Positions 57,954 to 64,000 of a stretch of 64,000 nt of DNA are shown in pieces. The stretch spans positions 1,798,001 through 1,862,000 of the forward strand of contig OU015569.1 in NCBI GenBank assembly GCA_907165135.1. The letters run 5' to 3'. Position 1 is the first letter of the stretch. Every line of letters begins with the position of its first letter. The translations under genes and the position numbers were made by a program. The notes beneath the pieces are model-generated. The model searched no databases, was not told the DNA's origin, and saw only the letters and a list, made by a program, of their open reading frames with translations. The stretch comes from Oikopleura dioica (taxonomy: Eukaryota; Animalia; Chordata).

Positions 57954-60900
57954 TTATCCATAAAATGAAAAGGATTCAAATTCAGCGGGCTTTTCGGAGG
58001 AGTCCGAGGGAGCAAGGTTGAGGCTGGAGGCTCCGGACGAAGACTTCGACGATGACTTCGATGAGTGAGAAGAGGACGAAGTTGAGCTAGAAAGGCGACT
58101 GTGAACACTCGATGCATCATCATCCTTGTCTTCATCATCAGATTCCGGAACTCTTTGGGCCATTTCTTCCAGCCAGTCTGGAATTTCGGCATCTCCTTCC
58201 TTAGATTAAAAGTTAATTTCCCTCATCTTACTAAAGGAATTACCCTCATGAGTTTAACCAGGATGGGGGTTTTGGTGAAATCGTTGTAACTACCCCTTCC
58301 TTGCACAAAAGTGACTGCGGTGCCAGGACGACCAACGCGTCCAGTTCGCCCGATTCGATGGATGTAGTCGTCGTGGAAAACGTCTTTGTCCGAGCAGTCG
58401 AAGTTGACGATCAAATCGACAGCGGGAATGTCCAATCCGCGGGCGGCCACGTTCGTCGCAATCAAAACTGGGCAGTTGCTAGTCGCAAAGTTCCAGAGCG
58501 CAAACTCCCGCTGCTCCTGAGAGCGATCGCCGTGCATCGTCATGCATTTGTATTTCAGTTTATCACTGAGGAGACAACCCAAGTAGTCGACCTTGGCTTT
58601 TGTATTCGCGAAGACGAGGGCCTTCTTGCTGCTGCCATCAGTGCCGACTTCGTACTCCTTCAGCACTTTGTCGAGTTCTTTTGGTTTCTTCTCTGGACCG
58701 TCTATCTGGACGACTTTTTGTTCGACGGAAGCACTTAAACAATTAAGTTATTTAACGCTCCCATATTTTTGATCTTACCTTGGAGCATTGAGAATTCCAC
58801 ATTGAGCGTACAAGTAATCCTCACGGAGAAACCCGTTGGCGAAGCTTTGAACTTCCGCTGGAAAAGTGGCGGAAGTGAGAACCTTGCAAATTGGGCCTTG
58901 TGGTCGCTCTCCTCGCTTTGCTTCAATTTTCTTGATGATGAGGTTGCTGATTTCGGCGAAACCTTCGTCGAGCATTCGATCCGCTTCGTCGAGCACGACA
59001 AAATCGCAGCTCGCAAAATGTTGCTTAAAACCGTTTAGATGGCTGTTTAATTTGATAATTTAGCTACCTCAGTAACGCCTTCGACTTTGGGAAAGAGGAT
59101 ATCATCAACGCGGCCAGGAGACCCGACGATAATGTCAGCTCCGAAGGCGTGGAAGCGCTGGGTTCTTCGATTGGTGCCGCCGTAGAGGTTGCTGACTTTG
59201 ATTGTCTCGCCTAAAAGAGAAGTAGAGGATTGAAAAATGAAGAGGGACTTACGTTCAAGTCCGCGAGTGAGCTTGACGGCTTCCTTGGCGATTTGAATCG
59301 CCAGTTCTCGAGTAGGAGTCATAATCACAGCTCGAGGGTCGACTCCAATGATTCCTTCGACACCTGGAATTTCACTTGATCTCTCTCGAGCAAATTTTTT
59401 CTGTCTAAATTTGTGGTGAATATAAAAATGATTTAAAATATTAAGTTTTACCTTGGATTATTCAAAATGTAATTTATGAGGGGAATTAAGAAAGCTCCTG
59501 TCTTTCCCGAACCAGTTTGAGCGTTGATAAGAATGTCTTGCCCCTCTTGAATCGGGTACATTGACACTCGCTGAACAAGCAATGGAGTTTCCCAGCCATA
59601 GACGCTCAAGTTTGTAGCCAATTGTGGGTGAAGATTGAGCTCTTCGTAGGAGTAGCAGAGATATTGCTCAGGTTTGAGCTTGATGATCTCACCGTTGACG
59701 GCTTGGAAGACTTGAAAGTCGAGGGACTCGATCTTTTTAAGCTCGTCTCCTGGGTTGTTGATCGGATGGAGCTCGTCGTCGGCTTCGAGAGCGTGGCAAA
59801 TGTGCCCGCTGTAGAAGCGATTCACTTAAAATTATTGTTAAATAATTAACTTATTGTAGCTTACATTCGAGTTGCTTCCAAATTCGCTCTTTCTCCTTTT
59901 CTTCGTCAATTGTTTGATTATTGTTTTCTTCATCTGCGGGTTTGAAGTCGCCAAAGCCAGCTTTACCATTCGACTGCTCAGAAGAATCAGCAACGCCGCT
60001 TTCATTTGAATTCTGTTTACCAAATCCTGATAGTTTTCGACTGCTTGAGCTTCCTGACTCCAAGATATCAGCATCCTCATCATCATTGTTCTTTTGGCCG
60101 AACCCTGCAAATTTCACGCTGCTTTCTGATTTTTCATCATCTTCCGGTTCTTTCACGGACGAGCTTTTCTCCCCGCCAAATCCTTCAAATTTTTTAACAC
60201 TGTCTTCATCATCGCCGTCTTCTTTATCTGTTTCTACTTCTGTATCGGAGCCTTCGATCGGGACAAAGGCTTCAGAAGACGTTTCTGATTCGGGCGTTTT
60301 GAGGCCAAGCTTGCTTACTTCTCTGGCTAAATCGATCGCTTGTAGTCGCTCTTTTTCTTGATCATGGCTGCTTTCTTTTTCCTTCTCGCGTTTCGCCTTC
60401 CACTCCTCGTAGATCTGATGGTAGAGCGGATCGACATGTTCGCCCGCACGCTCACCCTCAGTGTGTCCATAAGTGTACTGGCGATCGAGAACCAGCGGTC
60501 GATTGAATTTGTTGAGATATTCTAGTTTACGGCTAAAGTACTCGTCTCTGTAGAATCCCTGCTTTCTTTCTTCAGTTTCTGAAAAGATAATATTTTATAT
60601 CAGGATTTAGTATATTATTCAATTATTTGAAGTTAGAAGGAATTATTTCAGCGTTCTTTTATTTAGCTTTTTAATTTACCTTCTTGATCACTCTTCGCCC
60701 CAAACCCACCGAGATGGACAGATTTTTCTTCATCGCTCTCGCCAGAAACCTCTAGAATCGCGCTTTCTTCGGAATCATCCTTTTGACGATTATCTTTTTT
60801 AAACGTAGATGTACTTCGGCTATCTTTGTTTTTCTCGTTGTTGATGCCAGAATGGGTAGTTGACGGACACGAACTGCTATTTTTTTCCTAAAATCATTAT

Positions 60901-61300
60901 TTTATCTAATGCTATTTTAGAGTTGTCAAAACCAAAAATTGGCATTTTCAAATTTAACTTTCTTTCAAAATTAACATAGTAACACCCTTAGTCGAAAATT
61001 ACTCGAAAAAATCAAGGAGAAAAATGTTTTCAAAAGAAACTCGCTGCCTTCTCCTTAATAAATTAAATACTTACAGAAGAAGATATTCCAGTCAGTGGAG
61101 TTTTGGAAGAAGACATTGTGGAAGAAGAGGCGATTTCTGCGATACCCGCCATCGTATCCTGTCCACTTGAATGAGGCTCCTTTTGAGAACCTGAAAAAAC
61201 GTCAGAATCGCCTTTCCCCTCCGAATCTGCCATTTTGGCAGTTTCTCTCTCTCTCTGCTTCTGCCTCGATCTCCGACTTACCCGGCTTAATATCCGCCAT
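57954..61300 (-). CDS. Vasa/PL10-family DEAD-box helicase
   Basis: AQTGSGKT, PTRELA, LDEADRMLDEGF, SATFP, HGDRSQEQRE, ATNVAARGLDI, HRIGRTGRVG, EIPDWLEEMA; long acidic N-terminus. Confidence 0.88.
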
Positions 61301-61864
61301 TTTGAAAGTTCCCGATACAAGTAAGTCTCTCTTTCAGGATCCCGAGTAAAATTTATAATTCCTCGTTGCTCTCGAGAAATCGAAAAGTAAATGGACAAAT
61401 CTGGCCGAGTAGATCTTGCTCTCGCCCATGTGGAGAAGATTCGAGCCGACTTCGAAGTGCATTTTTGACTCTGCAAGGTAGACTAGGCTTTTCTCAGTGT
61501 CTCGCAGACTGAAAGTTTTCTCAACAATTTCAAAGTCAGACTCGAGTCAACAAATATGATGTCCATAGCTTTGGCACTCCTAGAATTAATATCCTGCTGA
61601 ATCAGCAGTGCTGATCTTTTGCTACCTTAGACCTCCCTCCAATAATAATAATAGGGAAAACGAATTTTATGAAAATGGAAATTTGATGAACTCGATTATT
61701 ACCCTCGTGAATTTGACTTTTATTCTTGCCGAACTCGATGTTCTTGTGACCAAGCACGACCCTTTTTGAAACATAAAATGATAAAATAAGAGAAGAGAGC
61801 ATGAACATCGCAAGGTACAAGGGCGAGTAACATTAAAAAGAAATGTAAAATGAGATTCAGAAAC

Positions 61865-63751
61865 ATGAAAAATTGGTCTCTTCTTCTTCTTTGTTCAGTA
61901 TTCATTCTTCTGGTTTCTTTCTTGAATGTTAATAGGACGAAAAAATCGAGACTTTCATCTTCTTTTTACAAAAGGACATTTTTAGCAAGGGATTTAACCA
62001 AAATATAAATTCAATTATTTGCCAAAAAGTATCCCATCTCAGTTATTCACGGCCTCAATACGAATCAAGAACGAGACTTTTTTCTTCATCATGATTCCAA
62101 GGAAAAAGTCCACGAAGCAAAGAGAAACGAAATCGGAAAAGAAAAACAAATGATCAAAATTCTCCACGGCCGGAATTACGGACATTTGCGAACTCAAAAT
62201 CCACAATTCAACTTCAAGTTCCACTTTGTATCCGCCTTCAATCACCGTGCTGGAAGAAAGTCTCCTAATTTCATCACTGAAATTGCAAGAGTACTTTCAT
62301 CTTATCCCCATCCAGCAGAGTGGACAATAATCCTTCCAAAATACCAACAAAACATTGGCAATCCGAACTGGCTCGATCACCTGACTGGATTGGAAGGCAA
62401 CTATTTAGTCTGCGCAAAAGAAGGAAAACTTGCGGTGGGGAGTGAGCGACGCAAGCATTTTGTCGCCTTAGCTGAGGATTTAGAAGACTTGAAAGAGGAA
62501 GACTTAAAAACCTGCGTTGACGATGCTTTTGCGATCAAAACCTCACTCTTGAAAGATTTGTTAGCGGCTAAGAATTACAGCGTTAGTTTGTCGACGGAGA
62601 TGTTACTTGACGAAGCGCTTTTTGACGAGAACAAGACCTTTCTCTCCAGTTGGCTCTATTACCGGTCACAGGTAAGGGACTAAAAAATTATCAGATTAGA
62701 GGTTCTAGTCGTCAAGTCTCAAAAATTCGGAAACGAAGTTTGTCGATTTCGAAGAGTTACGTCAGAAGTCCTTGCAACATACTCATGCCGTCGGATTCGA
62801 AACGAGCCAGAAGCCAAACTGTCTTGTTCGCAAAAACTGATTGAATTCTTCCCGACTAAATCCGACCAGCTCCCCGATATCTATCTCCAGAACGAAAATC
62901 AAGCGCGAGAAGTGATACTTCGCCACCCATTAAAATCTTGCAAGGAAAAGAAAAAACTGCTGGTTCTTGTAAAAACGTCTCCAATTGCTAGTCAACGCGC
63001 AATCAGAGACTTTTATCGACAATTTTTCGCAGCATTTTTAGGTGATCAAGAATACAGCTTGGTTTTCGTTATTGGAGCGAAGGGACTTTCGGACTCTTCT
63101 GGGGAGCTAAAAGCCGAAATTGAACTCAACGACGACTTCCTGATCGCCCTCTTCGAAGATAGCTATGAAAGCTTGCCCCACAAAACTTTTGCGACTCTGC
63201 AATATTTGACGGGCGTCTGCAAAGACAAATTCGAGTACTTGCTCTTCATCGACGACGATACCCTTCTGGACCTGGAGCGGATTTCTCAATTTCTTCTTTC
63301 TTCTGATTCCAGCTCGCCTTTCATCCGCTGCCTGCCTGGCAACTATCTATCTCTGGACGCAGCTCCCTACACTGGAAAATACTTTCTTTTCCCGGAAATG
63401 TGGCCGGTCGACTACAAACCGCCGAAATACTGCAACGGACAATGCTCGCTCTGGTCCAAAACAGCTGTAACACGCGTTTTCAAGGAAGCTCTGCGGACCG
63501 ACAGACGAGAATTTAGACTAGAAGACTTCTTCTTCAGCGGAATTCTGCGCGAAAAAGCGCGAGTTCATAATGTCAAGGGGCTCAAATACACGAACAAAGA
63601 CGGAGTTTCCGCTGGCTTGTGTCGACATTTCCCTAAAAATGGATTGGCAGACTTTATAAGCAAGAATTTCGAAGATGATGGCAATAAAACGAGAAAACTG
63701 AAAATAAAGGACGTCAATTTTCTGGATAATGTCTTTCTGGATGCTTTTTAA
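61865..63751 (+). CDS. GT31 beta-1,3-glycosyltransferase (type II membrane)
   Basis: N-terminal TM anchor; LLVLVKT, LVFVIG, FEDSYESLPHKT, FIDDD, PKYCNG, LEDFFFSG. Confidence 0.85.
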
Positions 63752-64000
63752 TTGCAATTGACTCTTCCTTGATTTCAACTGATCATTAACAATTTAAGAA
63801 AATCGTTGCCAAAAGCGTTATTAGGAGTTATATCGAGCACGTCATTATGAACATATCAATAACTCGAATAAACAATTCTGATCGTTCTATTCTTCTAATT
63901 GCACGAGAGACTTTTCCTCGATTCTATCATTCCCATTCGGCAGAAAATGAGCTACGATGACTCTCTTGAAGAGTGCCAGCACGAGCACGTTTTCGAGCGT

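Noticed and set aside
61335-61580. ECQSYGHHIC-TGA followed by ~66 open codons, as a possible selenoprotein; another frame faintly Fringe/C1GALT-like
   Set aside because: No known selenoprotein motif, almost no 3' UTR for a SECIS before the next ATG, and competing frames cannot be resolved

Overview
Eukaryotic DNA from a very compact animal genome. AT-rich ~40-70 nt introns, intergenic gaps often <250 bp, probable non-GT donors, TTAGGG repeats and chordate-like genes suggest the larvacean tunicate Oikopleura (inference). The window has three zones. (1) 1-18.3 kb is repeat-rich: a Prop-type paired-like homeobox gene with a 3.4 kb intron, many MITEs with clear 8- or 9-bp TSDs, an intron-containing CENP-B/pogo-like HTH gene with no visible DDE domain, a chimeric in-frame partial duplicate of the neighbouring SENP gene, and a 2.8 kb foldback element with ~452 bp identical inverted arms around a spliced orphan gene, next to interstitial TTAGGG repeats. 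(2) 18.3-50 kb is a dense housekeeping block, mostly on the minus strand and operon-like: DEAD-box helicase, SENP, INTS9, MFS transporter, SEC24, RNF19, RBM19, WDR90, PMS2, MRPL41-like, AK7, DOHH, METTL4, tRNA-Pro(CGG) and tRNA-Asn(GTT). (3) 50-64 kb holds secreted or glyco-related genes (candidate neuropeptide precursor, GPI-type Cu/Zn SOD, sulfotransferase, secreted orphan, GT31) and a Vasa/PL10-type helicase. Gene models were spliced by hand; family calls are by motif recognition only (no database search), and some exon boundaries are approximate.
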